Origin: an uncultured bacterium
Lineage (GTDB): Bacteria; Krumholzibacteriota; Krumholzibacteriia; Krumholzibacteriales; Krumholzibacteriaceae
NCBI GenBank assembly: GCA_965371515.1
Contig: CBDUYR010000022.1
Coordinates: forward strand, 1 to 44,726
DNA length: 44,726 nucleotides
Direction of reading: 5' to 3'
Shown here: one piece after another, positions 18,182-28,843 of the stretch
Numbering within the stretch: the first letter of the stretch is position 1
Layout of the letters: each line of letters starts with the position of its first letter
Translations under genes and position numbers: made by a program
The notes under the pieces: model-generated
The model's database searches: none
Told to the model about the DNA's origin: nothing
The model's input: only the letters and a program-made list of their open reading frames with translations

Positions 18182-19279
18182 ATGAGCAGTAAAGAGAGAT
18201 ACGAAAAGGTCCTGGCCCGCTCCGACCAGCTTGCCGAGGAGCTGGGGAAGCCGGAGAACATCAGGGACCAGAGGAAGTACAAGGAGCTGGCCCGCGAGCG
18301 GAGCGATCTCGGTGATGCCGTCACAGCGATACGCGAATGGCTCGAACTCGACGTGAGGACGAAGGACGACGACGAGGTCATCGGGTCCTCGGACGACGTG
18401 GAGCTCGTAGGGCTGGCGAAGGCGGAGCTCGAGGAGATAAGGCCACGGATGGACGAGCTCGAGGAGAGGATCAAGCTCAGCCTGATCCCGAGCGATCCTG
18501 ACGATTCACGTAACACGGTATTCGAGATCAGGGCCGGAACGGGCGGGGACGAGGCTGCCCTCTTTGCAGCCGACCTGGCGAGGATGTACAGGCTCTACGC
18601 CGAGGGGCAGAAGTGGAAGATCGAGATACTGAGCAGCAACCCGACCGAGAAGGGCGGCTTCAAGGAGATCATCTTCCTGATCACCGGAGAGAACGCTTAC
18701 GGTAACCTGAAGTTCGAGAGCGGAGTGCACAGGGTCCAGAGGGTCCCGGTCACCGAGTCGGGGGGAAGGATACATACCTCGGCGGTCTCGGTGGCGGTGC
18801 TTCCCGAGGCCGAAGAGGTCGACATCGACATTGCGGCGAATGACCTGAAGATAGACGTTTACAGATCGAGCGGGCCGGGAGGACAGAGCGTAAACACGAC
18901 CGACTCGGCCGTCCGCATCACGCATATACCAACGGGACTGGTAGTCACCTGCCAGGACGAAAAATCCCAGCACAAGAACAAGGCAAAAGCGCTCAAGGTG
19001 CTCAGGTCCCGCCTGCTCGAGAAGGCCCGCAGTGAGCAGGCGGCCGAGGTCGCCGCCCAGAGGCGGAGCATGGTCGGCTCGGGCGACCGCAGCGCCAAGA
19101 TCAGGACGTATAACTTTCCCCAGGGAAGGGTCACCGATCACAGGATAGGGTTGACGGTGCACAACCTCGGCGGAATCCTCGACGGGGACCTCGGCCCGGT
19201 GATCGAGGAGCTCGCCGTGGCGCACCGCGAGGAGCTTCTCGCAGTGGAAATGGAAAAGGGAACCGTAGCGGAAGGTTGA
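18182..19279 (+). CDS. prfA: Peptide chain release factor 1
   Basis: SD GGAGGA then ATG 18182; [11 protein letters not shown]1-specific [16 protein letters not shown]. Confidence 0.97.
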   Translation: MSSKERYEKVLARSDQLAEELGKPENIRDQRKYKELARERSDLGDAVTAIREWLELDVRTKDDDEVIGSSDDVELVGLAKAELEEIRPRMDELEERIKLSLIPSDPDDSRNTVFEIRAGTGGDEAALFAADLARMYRLYAEGQKWKIEILSSNPTEKGGFKEIIFLITGENAYGNLKFESGVHRVQRVPVTESGGRIHTSAVSVAVLPEAEEVDIDIAANDLKIDVYRSSGPGGQSVNTTDSAVRITHIPTGLVVTCQDEKSQHKNKAKALKVLRSRLLEKARSEQAAEVAAQRRSMVGSGDRSAKIRTYNFPQGRVTDHRIGLTVHNLGGILDGDLGPVIEELAVAHREELLAVEMEKGTVAEG

Positions 19280-19283
19280 TTGT

Positions 19284-20162
19284 ATGAACCGCGCGCCGAC
19301 CGTGCTCGAAGCGGTCAAGATGTCTGAAGGTTACCTCGAGAGCCATGGGGTCGAGTCTCCGAGGCTCAGCGCCGAGCACCTTCTCGCGAAGGCCCTCGGG
19401 TGCACGAGGCTCGATCTCTACCTGAGATTCGAGGAGACGCTCGGCGAGCCGGTTCTCGATGAGTACCGGGGCGACCTCAGGAAGAGGGCAAGGCGCATAC
19501 CCCTGCAGTATATCCTCGGAGAGGTCGAGTTCCGTTCGCTCAATTTCAGGACTGAGGAAAACGTATTCATACCGCGGCCCGAGACGGAGCTTCTCGTCGA
19601 ACTGGTCGAGGAGCTGATGCGCGGGCGCGACAGCGTCAGATTCATAGAGTTCGGCACGGGAACCGGCGCGATCGCCGGCGCCCTGGCCGCGGCCGACACG
19701 GGATGGTCGGGGATCGCCTTCGACGTTTCCCCCGAAGCGGCGGCGCTCGCCGCCGCCAATATCGAGGCGCTCGGCGTTTCGGACAGGGTGGAGATCCTCG
19801 CCTCCGATGGTTTCGGAGAATTCGCTGAAGAGGGAACGTTCGATCTCGTCGTATCCAATCCACCGTACATACCGGCCGGCGAGATAGATGGCCTCCAGGA
19901 GGAAGTCTCTTCCTGGGAGAGCCGTACGGCTCTCGACGGTGGGGAGGACGGGCTGCGCTTCTATCCGGTGATAGCTGAGGCGGGCTGTCGGCTGCTCGGG
20001 CCCGGCGGGGCTCTCGCCGTGGAGATCGGGCACGGGCAGGGTGACGCGGTCTCGGAGATACTGACCGGAGCCGGCTACCTCGATGTCGAAATGAGAAGAG
20101 ATTATAACGGTCTCGAGAGGATGGTCGCCGGAAGGCGGCCGGAAGTAGCGGGAGGGGACTGA
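19284..20162 (+). CDS. prmC: Release factor glutamine methyltransferase
   Basis: PLQYILG, FIPRPETE, GTGTG, SNPPY, ALDGGEDGL; follows prfA. Confidence 0.95.
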   Translation: MNRAPTVLEAVKMSEGYLESHGVESPRLSAEHLLAKALGCTRLDLYLRFEETLGEPVLDEYRGDLRKRARRIPLQYILGEVEFRSLNFRTEENVFIPRPETELLVELVEELMRGRDSVRFIEFGTGTGAIAGALAAADTGWSGIAFDVSPEAAALAAANIEALGVSDRVEILASDGFGEFAEEGTFDLVVSNPPYIPAGEIDGLQEEVSSWESRTALDGGEDGLRFYPVIAEAGCRLLGPGGALAVEIGHGQGDAVSEILTGAGYLDVEMRRDYNGLERMVAGRRPEVAGGD

Positions 20163-21415
20163 TGGACAGTTTCATAATCAAGGGACCGTGCAGGCTCGAG
20201 GGGAATGTGAAGATAAGCGGGGCGAAAAACGCCATGCTGCCCCTGATGGCTGCGACGATCCTCACCGGCGGGCGCTGTGTCCTCGACAATGTTCCCGATC
20301 TGCGAGACACGAGGACGATGATGAAGGTACTCGAGATGCTCGGCATCCCGTCCGGTCTCGAGGATGGCGTTCTCACGGTCGACGCGACCTCGGTGACCTC
20401 TTTCGAGGCGCCCTACGACCTCGTCCGGACGATGCGCGCGTCGATCTACGTACTCGGGCCCCTTCTCGCGAGATTCGGGAGGGCGAGGGTCTCGATGCCC
20501 GGCGGATGCGCCTGGGGACCGAGGCCGATCGATCTCCACCTCAAGGGGCTGATGGCGCTCGGTGTGGAGATGAGAATCGACCACGGGTATATCGACGCGA
20601 AGGCCGGCAGGCTCAGGGGCGGCGAGGTAATATTTGCCGTGCCGAGTGTCGGCGCCACCGTGAATATAATGCTTGCCGCCTCGCTAGCAGACGGTGAGAC
20701 GGTGATCGAGAACGCCGCACGCGAACCCGAGATATCGGCGCTCGCCGGGGCGCTCAGATGCGGCAACGTCGAGATCGAGGGGGATGGTACATCGACGATC
20801 CGCATACAGGGACGCGAATCTATCGAGCCGTTCAGGCACACTGTAATACCCGACAGGATCGAGGCGGGCACCTACGCAGCTGCGGCGCTGATCACGGGCG
20901 GCGACGTGACGATCGAAAACTGCAGGCCCGGCCAGATGCACGCCGTAATCGACAAGCTCGAGACTTGCGGCGCAGAGGTGAGTGTGACGGAAAACTCGAT
21001 GAGGGTCGTAGGCCCGGGGAAGATATCCCCCGTGGATATAGAAACCGGTTACTATCCCTCCTTCCCGACAGACATGCAGGCGCAGATGATGGCGGTTCTC
21101 TGCATTGCCGACGGGACGAGTGCGGTCATCGAACACGTCTACCCCGACAGGTTCACTCACGTTCCCGAGCTGAGACGTTTCGGCGCCAGGGTGACGCTCG
21201 ACGGCAGCGTTGCCGTGGTCTCCGGCGTGCCGCGGCTGGAGGGCGCGCCGGTGATGGCAACAGATATCAGGGCGAGCTCGGCGCTCCTGCTTGCCGGTCT
21301 CGTCGCGGAGGGGGAGACGAAGGTCCTGAGGATCTATCATATCGAGAGAGGATACGAGGATATCGTGAACAAGCTCTGCGCGCTCGGTGCGGAGATAAAG
21401 AGAGTGACGGACTGA
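20162..21415 (+). CDS. murA: UDP-N-acetylglucosamine 1-carboxyvinyltransferase
   Basis: [41 protein letters not shown]. Confidence 0.97.
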   Translation: MDSFIIKGPCRLEGNVKISGAKNAMLPLMAATILTGGRCVLDNVPDLRDTRTMMKVLEMLGIPSGLEDGVLTVDATSVTSFEAPYDLVRTMRASIYVLGPLLARFGRARVSMPGGCAWGPRPIDLHLKGLMALGVEMRIDHGYIDAKAGRLRGGEVIFAVPSVGATVNIMLAASLADGETVIENAAREPEISALAGALRCGNVEIEGDGTSTIRIQGRESIEPFRHTVIPDRIEAGTYAAAALITGGDVTIENCRPGQMHAVIDKLETCGAEVSVTENSMRVVGPGKISPVDIETGYYPSFPTDMQAQMMAVLCIADGTSAVIEHVYPDRFTHVPELRRFGARVTLDGSVAVVSGVPRLEGAPVMATDIRASSALLLAGLVAEGETKVLRIYHIERGYEDIVNKLCALGAEIKRVTD

Positions 21416-21440
21416 CCGATCCCTGCAGGGGAGCCTCTTT

Positions 21441-23354
21441 TTGAAACATGTGATCATAGGAACGGCCGGCCATGTCGACCACGGCAAAACGGAGCTGGTG
21501 AAGGCCCTCACCGGGCACGATACCGACCGTCTGTCCGAGGAGAAGAAGCGGGGGATATCGATCGTCCTCGGCTTCGCTCCGATCGATCTCGGCAGCGACG
21601 TCGAGGCAGGTGTCGTCGATGTGCCCGGCCACGAGCGCTTCGTCAAGAACATGGTCTCCGGAGCGGTCGGTGTCGACGTGGCACTGATCGCCGTGGCCGC
21701 CGACGAGGGCGTGATGCCGCAGACCGAGGAACACTTCGAGGTGCTGAGGCTCCTCGGCGTGCGCAGCGGCGTGATCGCCCTGACCAAGATCGACCTCGTA
21801 GACGGGGAGATAGCCGGAGTGGTCGAGAGCGAGGTCGCCGACCTGCTCGAAGGTACCCCTCTCGAAGGCAGCCCGTTCGTGCGAACGTCGGTCGTGACCG
21901 GCGAAGGGATAGAGGAGCTCAGGGCCGCGCTTGCCCGCACCGCCGGCGAAGCCGCGGGAAGATCGCCCGGCGGATTCTTCAGAATGCCTGTCGACAGGGT
22001 CTTCACGAGATCCGGTATCGGAACGATAGTGACGGGGACGACATGGAGCGGACGCGTGAGCACGGGCGACGAGCTCTCGCTCGAGCCGCAGGGGCGAAGG
22101 GTCAGGGTCAGAGAGGTCCAGAGTTTCGAGCATGATATCGACGAGTCGGCATCGGGGATGCGCACCGCGCTTGCGCTCCACGGAGTGAAGGTCGAGGAGG
22201 TATCGACGGGAAACCAGCTCGTCGAGCCGGACATTCTGCCGGTCTCCTCGATCGTCGACGCATGGATCGAGATGAGCAGGCTGCCCGGCTCGAAGCTGAA
22301 GAACAGGCAGCGCGTGAGGTTCCATCACGCGGCGGCAGAGCTTCTCGCGAGGGCGGTGCTGCTCGACGCCGAACAGCTCGGGGCCGGCGACAGCGGGATG
22401 GTCCAGCTTCGACTGGAGAAACCGGCCGCGGCGATGGGCGGCGACAGGTTCGTGCTGCGGACATATTCGCCGATGAGGATACTTGCCGGCGGACGGATCC
22501 TCGACCCGTCGGCTGCCAAAGCCAGGCGTTTCCAGGAGAACAGGCTCGCGCTTCTCGCGGAGCTGGACTCGGGAGAGACGGAGCGGATGATCACCGCGCT
22601 TGCGGCCGGTGCCGGGGCATCGGGGGTCGAACCGGTCCGGCTTGCGAAGTACGGCATCGGCAGGAAAGAGGCGGACGAAGTGGTGGCGGCGCTCGAGTCG
22701 TCAGGGATCCTGGTCGGCGACGGAGAGAGGTACTATCACCGGGATGCGGTCGATCGTTACGAAAAAAAGATACTCGCTGCGCTCGAGGATTTCGCAGGCG
22801 GGAACGAGATGGTATGGGGTGTCGACCGCGAGGAACTTCGTGCGCTGGCAGGTCTTTCGGGATACGTACTCTTCGATCATCTGCTCGAGAAGGGTAAGGC
22901 TGAAGGGAAACTCTTTTTCAGGGGTGGGAAGGTGAGAGCGGGATCGGATGAACTGGAGCTCGCCGGTGAGACGAAGGTCCTCGTAGAGAAACTCGATGCC
23001 TTTATCGCGGAGGCGGGCTGGAAATTCCCGATGAAGGCCGACCTTCTGTCGATAGCTGCGGGAGACGGGAAAAAGATGATGAACTGCATCCACATGCTGC
23101 AGGACGGAGGGAAGATCATGCGCGTGGGGGGGGATGGATGGATCTCGGCACCGGCCCTTTCCGATGTTACCGCGAGAGTGGCCGGTATGATCGGAGAGAA
23201 GGGATCGATGTCCATCGGGGAATTCAAGGACGAGTTCGGGTTGTCGAGGAAATATGCCGTCCCGCTGCTGGAGTATCTCGACATGAACGGCTACACGAGG
23301 CGCGAAGGCGACACGAGAGTCGCGGGCCCTGGACTGAAAGGAGATGAGGGATGA
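21441..23354 (+). CDS. selB: Selenocysteine-specific translation elongation factor
   Basis: [24 protein letters not shown]-terminal winged-helix [15 protein letters not shown]. Confidence 0.95.
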   Translation: MKHVIIGTAGHVDHGKTELVKALTGHDTDRLSEEKKRGISIVLGFAPIDLGSDVEAGVVDVPGHERFVKNMVSGAVGVDVALIAVAADEGVMPQTEEHFEVLRLLGVRSGVIALTKIDLVDGEIAGVVESEVADLLEGTPLEGSPFVRTSVVTGEGIEELRAALARTAGEAAGRSPGGFFRMPVDRVFTRSGIGTIVTGTTWSGRVSTGDELSLEPQGRRVRVREVQSFEHDIDESASGMRTALALHGVKVEEVSTGNQLVEPDILPVSSIVDAWIEMSRLPGSKLKNRQRVRFHHAAAELLARAVLLDAEQLGAGDSGMVQLRLEKPAAAMGGDRFVLRTYSPMRILAGGRILDPSAAKARRFQENRLALLAELDSGETERMITALAAGAGASGVEPVRLAKYGIGRKEADEVVAALESSGILVGDGERYYHRDAVDRYEKKILAALEDFAGGNEMVWGVDREELRALAGLSGYVLFDHLLEKGKAEGKLFFRGGKVRAGSDELELAGETKVLVEKLDAFIAEAGWKFPMKADLLSIAAGDGKKMMNCIHMLQDGGKIMRVGGDGWISAPALSDVTARVAGMIGEKGSMSIGEFKDEFGLSRKYAVPLLEYLDMNGYTRREGDTRVAGPGLKGDEG

Positions 23355-24421
23355 GCGTACCGGCGGAGAGAAGGAAGACGAGACAGGTCTTCTACGGCGA
23401 TGTCGCGATAGGCGGGGGCGCGCCAGTCAGCATCCAGTCGATGTGCACCTGCCCCGCCTCCCGTACAGAGGACACATTGGGGGAGATAGAAGCCCTCGCC
23501 GGGGCGGGCTGCCAGATAGTGCGCGTCGCGATCCGTGACGAGGGAGACCTCGAGTCGCTGCGTGAGATCCTCGAAAAGAGCAGCATACCGGTCGTCGCCG
23601 ATATTCATTTCCGCAACATCCTTGCCGTCGGTGCGGCCCGGGCGGGGGCGGCGGGGCTGAGGATAAACCCGGGGAACATCGGAAGCGAAGAGAGGGTAAG
23701 GGAGGTGATCGAGGCCGCCGGAGATGCCGGGATACCCGTTAGGGTGGGAGTGAACGCGGGCAGCCTCGAGAAGAGACTGAAGAGCCTCGCTCAAAGCGAA
23801 CCGGCACGGGCCCTGAGCGAGAGCGCCTCCGGATACATGGAGATGATCGAGGGGTGGGGATTTACCGATATGATATTCAGCCTGAAATCATCCAACGCGG
23901 CCGTCACTGTCGAGGCGAACACGCTCTTTGCCGGGAGCAACGACTACCCGATACACGCCGGAGTCACCGAGGCGGGGCCGCCGCTCAGCGGCGCGGCGAA
24001 ATCGGTCGTTGCGCTGACGAAGCTCCTCTCGATGGGGATCGGTGATACGATACGCGTATCTCTCTCGGGAGATCCGGTCAACGAGGTCATCGTGGCCGCC
24101 GCGCTCCTTTCCTCGCTCGGACTGCGGGACGATTTTCCCCGGATAATATCATGCCCGACCTGCGGGAGGTGTCTTCTCGACGTCGATACCGTTGCCGTGA
24201 GGCTCGAGAGGGAGTTGATCGGCTGTGGCGCCGGGATAAGCGTCGCCGTGATGGGATGCGAGGTAAATGGCCCCGGAGAGGCCCGTGAGGCCGATATCGG
24301 GATTGCAGGCTCGAAGAAGGGTTGTGTGCTCTTCAGGAAGGGCGAGATTGTCCGTACGATCGACGGGGACCCGCTGGAAACGCTTCTCGAGGAGGCAAAG
24401 AACCTCCTGGCGGAGGCGTAA
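23351..24421 (+). CDS. ispG: (E)-4-hydroxy-3-methylbut-2-enyl-diphosphate synthase
   Basis: VADIHF, RINPGNIG, GVNAGSL, GVTEAG, GIGDTIRVSL, SCPTCGR, MGCEVNGPGE. Confidence 0.96.
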   Translation: MSVPAERRKTRQVFYGDVAIGGGAPVSIQSMCTCPASRTEDTLGEIEALAGAGCQIVRVAIRDEGDLESLREILEKSSIPVVADIHFRNILAVGAARAGAAGLRINPGNIGSEERVREVIEAAGDAGIPVRVGVNAGSLEKRLKSLAQSEPARALSESASGYMEMIEGWGFTDMIFSLKSSNAAVTVEANTLFAGSNDYPIHAGVTEAGPPLSGAAKSVVALTKLLSMGIGDTIRVSLSGDPVNEVIVAAALLSSLGLRDDFPRIISCPTCGRCLLDVDTVAVRLERELIGCGAGISVAVMGCEVNGPGEAREADIGIAGSKKGCVLFRKGEIVRTIDGDPLETLLEEAKNLLAEA

Positions 24422-24579
24422 ACTATTTTTGCATTCAGCCCGCATATTGCGTAAAATCATCTAGAAAAATCATAAAAAGTATGGTATATTAACACCCGAA
24501 CGACTATACGCTCAGATTTTGAATGCTTTGACCGGACAGGGAGTACTGAGGTATCTACCGTGAGGTAGAGAGGAGGCTA

Positions 24580-24945
24580 TTGATGAGGGGCAGCAGTAAG
24601 ATCCTGATAGTGCTGGTCGCCGCGATGATTCTCGCCGCACCATTCGCCCAGGCGAGAAACGACATGGGCATACCCACAGATAAGACACCGCGGACAACGA
24701 TTCAGGTGGTCAGGTTCGACAGGGTACTCTACAAGATAGCGGCAGAGGTTCCCTGTGACCTGTACTTTTCGAAAATCGACGATGAGCATCACCTTCTGTA
24801 TGTTAAAACCGTACCCGACGGAGTAACGCCTTACTGCGAGGTGGTCATCCAGTGGGGGACGTTTCCTCCGGTGACGCTCGGGATCGAAATAGGAGGCATA
24901 AACAGCTGGATTCTCGGTACTGAGACCGGCTACGCCGAGAAATAG
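24580..24945 (+). CDS. Small secreted hypothetical protein
   Basis: SD AGGAGG; Sec signal peptide MRGSSKILIVLVAAMILAAPFAQA; candidate extended -10 (TGGTATATT, 24482-24490) upstream; no family recognised. Confidence 0.7.
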   Translation: MMRGSSKILIVLVAAMILAAPFAQARNDMGIPTDKTPRTTIQVVRFDRVLYKIAAEVPCDLYFSKIDDEHHLLYVKTVPDGVTPYCEVVIQWGTFPPVTLGIEIGGINSWILGTETGYAEK

Positions 24946-25193
24946 TCGAGAAAAAGAATTTTACGCGCCTTCAAGAAATTTTACTCATCTTGATGAGGCC
25001 CGGTAGTGGAGAAGCAGCAGCTTTTTCAACCGGGCCTCGATTTGTAATAGGGACAGCAGGTTGGAGTGACGCTTCTTCGGGCCGCTTTTCCCCCATGTGG
25101 TACGGCTCTTGCCCTTTGTATATATCAAGTGGTAACAGGAAGGCGTGGCTGAAATGGCCGTGGGAGTTTATGACGGCGCAGCCGCGCGGAGGG

Positions 25194-25222
25194 AAGGGAG
25201 CCCCAGGGGGGCTCCCTTTTTT
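25194..25222 (+). terminator. Intrinsic (Rho-independent) terminator
   Basis: AAGGGAGCCCC-agg-GGGGCTCCCTT followed by TTTT. Confidence 0.8.
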
Positions 25223-25259
25223 ATGAGCAGGAGACCCGGGAGGGTCTGTCGCTTCCATA

Positions 25260-26978
25260 TCAATTAGGATCTACCCTTTTATCATCAGGTGCTTCCGGCA
25301 TCCCGCCGCTCTCGGGCAGGCGGGGGGAGACGAACAGTGTCTTCGACCTGATGCATGACGCAGTGCCGGGCTTCGCGCCCCTCGGCCTCTTTACGTATTT
25401 CTTCTCTGCGCATATTACAGGGACCGTTCCCGAACCCCTCGCCTTGCTGAACCAGGCGGCGGTCTCGGCGGCCATCTCTATGATCCTCGCCGGTGTCGAG
25501 CGGTTCGCGCCCCTGAGGAGTACGTGCGATCCGGGCGTTCCCTGCGCGTGGAACCAGAGGTCGGTCGGTTTCGCGTAGCGGTGGGTGAGCTCGTCGTTTT
25601 CCCTGTCGCTTTTGCCGACGAGTATGGTGTGTGTTTCGTCTATCCGGAATGACTTGAAACGAGGCAGGTCTTTTTCGCTGTCCTTTCCCTTTCGGCGACC
25701 GGGAATGCCCTTCGGGATTATCATTGCGGCGAGCGCGGCCGGATCGTCGATCGCTTCGATTTCGGCGATGCTTTTCTCGAGTTTCTCGACATCTCTTCTT
25801 ATCCGCGCCTTCCGGTCCTTTATTATCGCCAGGCCCTTGTCGCCCTTCTTCGCCCTGCGGAAATATATCTGGATATTCTTCTCGGGGTCGAGTGCCGGAT
25901 CGAGAGGGATCGTGATCTCGTCCTCGCCGTTGAAGTCCATTACCGTGATCTCATCCATCCCTCTTCTCAGCCTGTGGCGCCACGTGACGAGCATGTTCCC
26001 CATGTACCGCAGTTCGTCGGCTCGGCGGGCCGATTCGAGATCTTCGGTTATGTTAGCCAGCAGGCGGCGCGCCTTCTTGAGGGCCCGGCGCCGCTGCGCC
26101 GAGGCGTTCTTTCTCAGTCCCGCGACGAAAGGGGGGAAGACCCTCTCCGATGTCCTTGCATCGAAAGCAGCGAAGATCTCAGAGGGACTTTCCGGCCTCG
26201 GGTCGAATGGTATCTCAACAGGATACAGGGCGCATATCCCGCGGTCTCCCGCTTCGGGGAGATCGTAGAGCTTCCATTCGAAGTCGCCCGACGACAGTCT
26301 CGCTCCGATCGCCGCGATCGTCCCTGCAAGTTCCTCCGGATCTGACACGAAGCGGGCGGCGAGCGATTTCGCGAGGACCGGGTCTATCCCGCCGACCGCC
26401 CTGACGAGCAGCGGCGAGAGTTCCTCTTCATTCTCAGAGAGTTCGAACTTCCACCCGGCCGGAAGATCGAGAAGCGACCATCTCTTCGGCGGAGGGAGCT
26501 GGTCCGGCGAGCCGGGCGGCCTGGACCCCGGAGTGCCGAAAGTCTCGAGGGCATGCCCGGTCCCCTCCCTGAACAGCGCTGCGCTGCGGAATACCGGGGA
26601 GAGGTCTATCCTGAGAGTAAGGGTGCCGCTCTCGCCCCAGCTCCCCTTCTCCTCGAAACGGACGAGGATAACACGGTCGAGGCCGAGAGGCTCGACGGAC
26701 GCCGCCTTCGCTTCGATCAGGTCGCTGAAAAACGGTTTCGATACCTTTGCAGGCAGCAGCAGGCCTTCGGTGAGGAATATCTCCGATTCCCTGCCGGAGT
26801 TCAGCAGGTGGAGGAAACGGCGCCCCCCGCCCGAGAAGGCGATCGTCATCCCGCCGGCAAACTTCGATGCCGACTCGACCGTCCTTCCCCTCAGCTGTGA
26901 ATCGAGCTCCAGGGCAAATGCATATGCGGTCAGTGCGTTCACAGGCGGAATCATAAGTGTCGGAGGGGTTTGTGTCAA
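25260..26978 (-). CDS. rqcH: NFACT/FbpA family ribosome quality-control protein; start probably 26954 or 26942
   Basis: LDRVILVRF, AVGGIDPVLA, ITIPLDP, YFRRAKK, LVGKSDRENDELT, DLWFHAQGTPGSHV, AAWFSKAR, KYVKRPRGAKPG. Confidence 0.88.
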   Translation of the reverse strand: MTQTPPTLMIPPVNALTAYAFALELDSQLRGRTVESASKFAGGMTIAFSGGGRRFLHLLNSGRESEIFLTEGLLLPAKVSKPFFSDLIEAKAASVEPLGLDRVILVRFEEKGSWGESGTLTLRIDLSPVFRSAALFREGTGHALETFGTPGSRPPGSPDQLPPPKRWSLLDLPAGWKFELSENEEELSPLLVRAVGGIDPVLAKSLAARFVSDPEELAGTIAAIGARLSSGDFEWKLYDLPEAGDRGICALYPVEIPFDPRPESPSEIFAAFDARTSERVFPPFVAGLRKNASAQRRRALKKARRLLANITEDLESARRADELRYMGNMLVTWRHRLRRGMDEITVMDFNGEDEITIPLDPALDPEKNIQIYFRRAKKGDKGLAIIKDRKARIRRDVEKLEKSIAEIEAIDDPAALAAMIIPKGIPGRRKGKDSEKDLPRFKSFRIDETHTILVGKSDRENDELTHRYAKPTDLWFHAQGTPGSHVLLRGANRSTPARIIEMAAETAAWFSKARGSGTVPVICAEKKYVKRPRGAKPGTASCIRSKTLFVSPRLPESGGMPEAPDDKRVDPN

Positions 26979-27075
26979 ATCGTACCGGTCATGCCGAATC
27001 TATGGACAAGGGTGTGTGATGACTGTACTATCACGACCTGAGCGGACAAAACCTGACCTGGAAGGAGAATATCAG

Positions 27076-27951
27076 ATGGTGACCAGCATGACCGGGTACG
27101 GAAAGGGCTCCGCGCCGGTCGGAGGCGGAAAGATCGCGGTCGAGATAAGGACCGTCAATCACAGGTTCATAGACTTTTCGATAAGGGTCCCCAGGCCCCT
27201 GAACGGATACGAGAAGGAGATCGAGAAGGCCGTCAGGCGCAAGGTCAGGCGCGGCCACGTCTACGTGAACGTCGTCTTCGACAAGGGATTCGAATCGACA
27301 TCCTCGGCGGTAAACAAACAGCTTCTCAGGAAGACATACAGGGAGCTGACCTCCTTCGCGAAGAAGGAAGGAATACCGGGGAACCTCGAGATAGGCACCC
27401 TTCTTCTTCTGCCCGACATGTTCAGGCCGGAAATCGATACTATATCTCCCGTGAAGCTCAGGGCCGCCCTGAAGAAGGCCCTCGTCGCCGCGGTCGACAG
27501 CTGCGCCGCCATGAGGAACAGGGAGGGGAAAACGCTTCAGACCGACATGAAAAAGAGGCTGAGGGAGATCTCGAAAGTTGCCAGAAAGATCGAGAAAAGG
27601 ACCCCGAAAGCCCTCAAGGATACACTGGCGAGGTCACGCAAACGGCTGGCGAACCTCGTTGGCAGGAGCGAGATCCTGGACGACAGGTGGGCCATCGAGG
27701 CGGCGGTGCTGGCCGAGAAGACCGATTTCGCCGAGGAACTGGTAAGGCTCAACAGCCACCTCGGTGAGTTCGGCACGGCGCTCGACAGGGGCGGCGAAGT
27801 ATCCAAGAAATTGACCTTCCTGCTCCAGGAGATCCACCGGGAAGCGACGACGATGGGAAACAAGGTGGCCGATCCGGGGATAATCAGGGACTGTCTTGCG
27901 ATCAAGGAGCAGGTCGAGAAGATAAGAGAACAGGTCCAGAACCTCGAGTGA
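27076..27951 (+). CDS. yicC: YicC/YloC family endoribonuclease
   Basis: SD AAGGAG; SMTGYG, EIRTVNHRF, EELVRLNSH, KKLTFLLQEIHREATTMG, EKIREQVQNLE; ORF-track start 26533 is too long. Confidence 0.92.
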   Translation: MVTSMTGYGKGSAPVGGGKIAVEIRTVNHRFIDFSIRVPRPLNGYEKEIEKAVRRKVRRGHVYVNVVFDKGFESTSSAVNKQLLRKTYRELTSFAKKEGIPGNLEIGTLLLLPDMFRPEIDTISPVKLRAALKKALVAAVDSCAAMRNREGKTLQTDMKKRLREISKVARKIEKRTPKALKDTLARSRKRLANLVGRSEILDDRWAIEAAVLAEKTDFAEELVRLNSHLGEFGTALDRGGEVSKKLTFLLQEIHREATTMGNKVADPGIIRDCLAIKEQVEKIREQVQNLE

Positions 27952-27960
27952 AGGGAAGGA

Positions 27961-28539
27961 ATGGCAGCGGGAGAGCCATTGATAGTAGTCATATCCGGCC
28001 CTTCGGGGGCCGGCAAGTCGACTGTCGTCGAAAAAGTACTCGAAAAGTCTTCCGGACTGGTCAGGTTGGTCTCGGTGACTACCCGAATGCCCAGGGCAGG
28101 CGATGTCGACGGTGAGGACTACCATTTCGTGTCGCCGGAGGAGTTCGCCGCCAGGCGTGAAGCGGGCAGGTTCCTCGAATGGGCAGAGGTCCACGGCAAT
28201 CTCTACGGCACCGAGGCGGAGCAGGTCGACCGGTCGATCGACGGGGGAAAGAGCGTCCTGCTCGAGATAGACGTCCAGGGAGGCAGGAGCGTCAAGGCCG
28301 CCCGTCCCGGGGCTGTACTCATATTTCTCCTCCCGCCCTCCGACGAGATTCTCGAGGAAAGACTGAGGGGCAGGGGCACGGACGAGGAGGCGGTCATCCT
28401 CAAGCGGCTCGAAAACGCCCGCAGAGAGCTCGAAGCGGCAGAAGACTACGATCATCGGGTCGTGAACGACGATCTGGACAGGTGCGTCGGCGAGGTCCTG
28501 GAAATCATCGCGGACAGGGCTTCGGCCCCCGGGGATTAG
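27961..28539 (+). CDS. gmk: Guanylate kinase
   Basis: ISGPSGAGKST, TTRMPR, DGEDYHF, EWAEVHGNLYGT, EIDVQG. Confidence 0.97.
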   Translation: MAAGEPLIVVISGPSGAGKSTVVEKVLEKSSGLVRLVSVTTRMPRAGDVDGEDYHFVSPEEFAARREAGRFLEWAEVHGNLYGTEAEQVDRSIDGGKSVLLEIDVQGGRSVKAARPGAVLIFLLPPSDEILEERLRGRGTDEEAVILKRLENARRELEAAEDYDHRVVNDDLDRCVGEVLEIIADRASAPGD

Positions 28540-28633
28540 CTATTGATAAATCGCCGGATTTATATTAATAATATATATTCGGGCAAAACCGGCCGGAGAG
28601 ACATTGTACTGCTTCAGATAGAGAGGTTAACGG

Positions 28634-28843
28634 ATGCAAACAAAAGCGATGGAATTGATCCTGGAAAGGATAGACAACAGGTACGAAGCCATAAGAGTGA
28701 TTGCCAAAGAGGCGCGCAGGATAAACGCGCTTATCCGGCTCTCCGGGGAGGAGATCGAGGAAAAACCCACCACTATCGCAATCAAACGTATGATCGAAGG
28801 GAAAGTGAAGTACAAGTATGAGCAGCAGGAGGAGCAGGAGTAA
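28634..28843 (+). CDS. rpoZ: RNA polymerase omega subunit
   Basis: IDNRYEAIRVIAKEARRI...KPTTIAI...EGKV; sits between gmk and coaBC. Confidence 0.85.
   Translation: MQTKAMELILERIDNRYEAIRVIAKEARRINALIRLSGEEIEEKPTTIAIKRMIEGKVKYKYEQQEEQE

Noticed and set aside
24990..25226. 78-aa ORF downstream of the orphan secreted protein
   Set aside because: No SD, runs through hairpins and the terminator, no protein-like features
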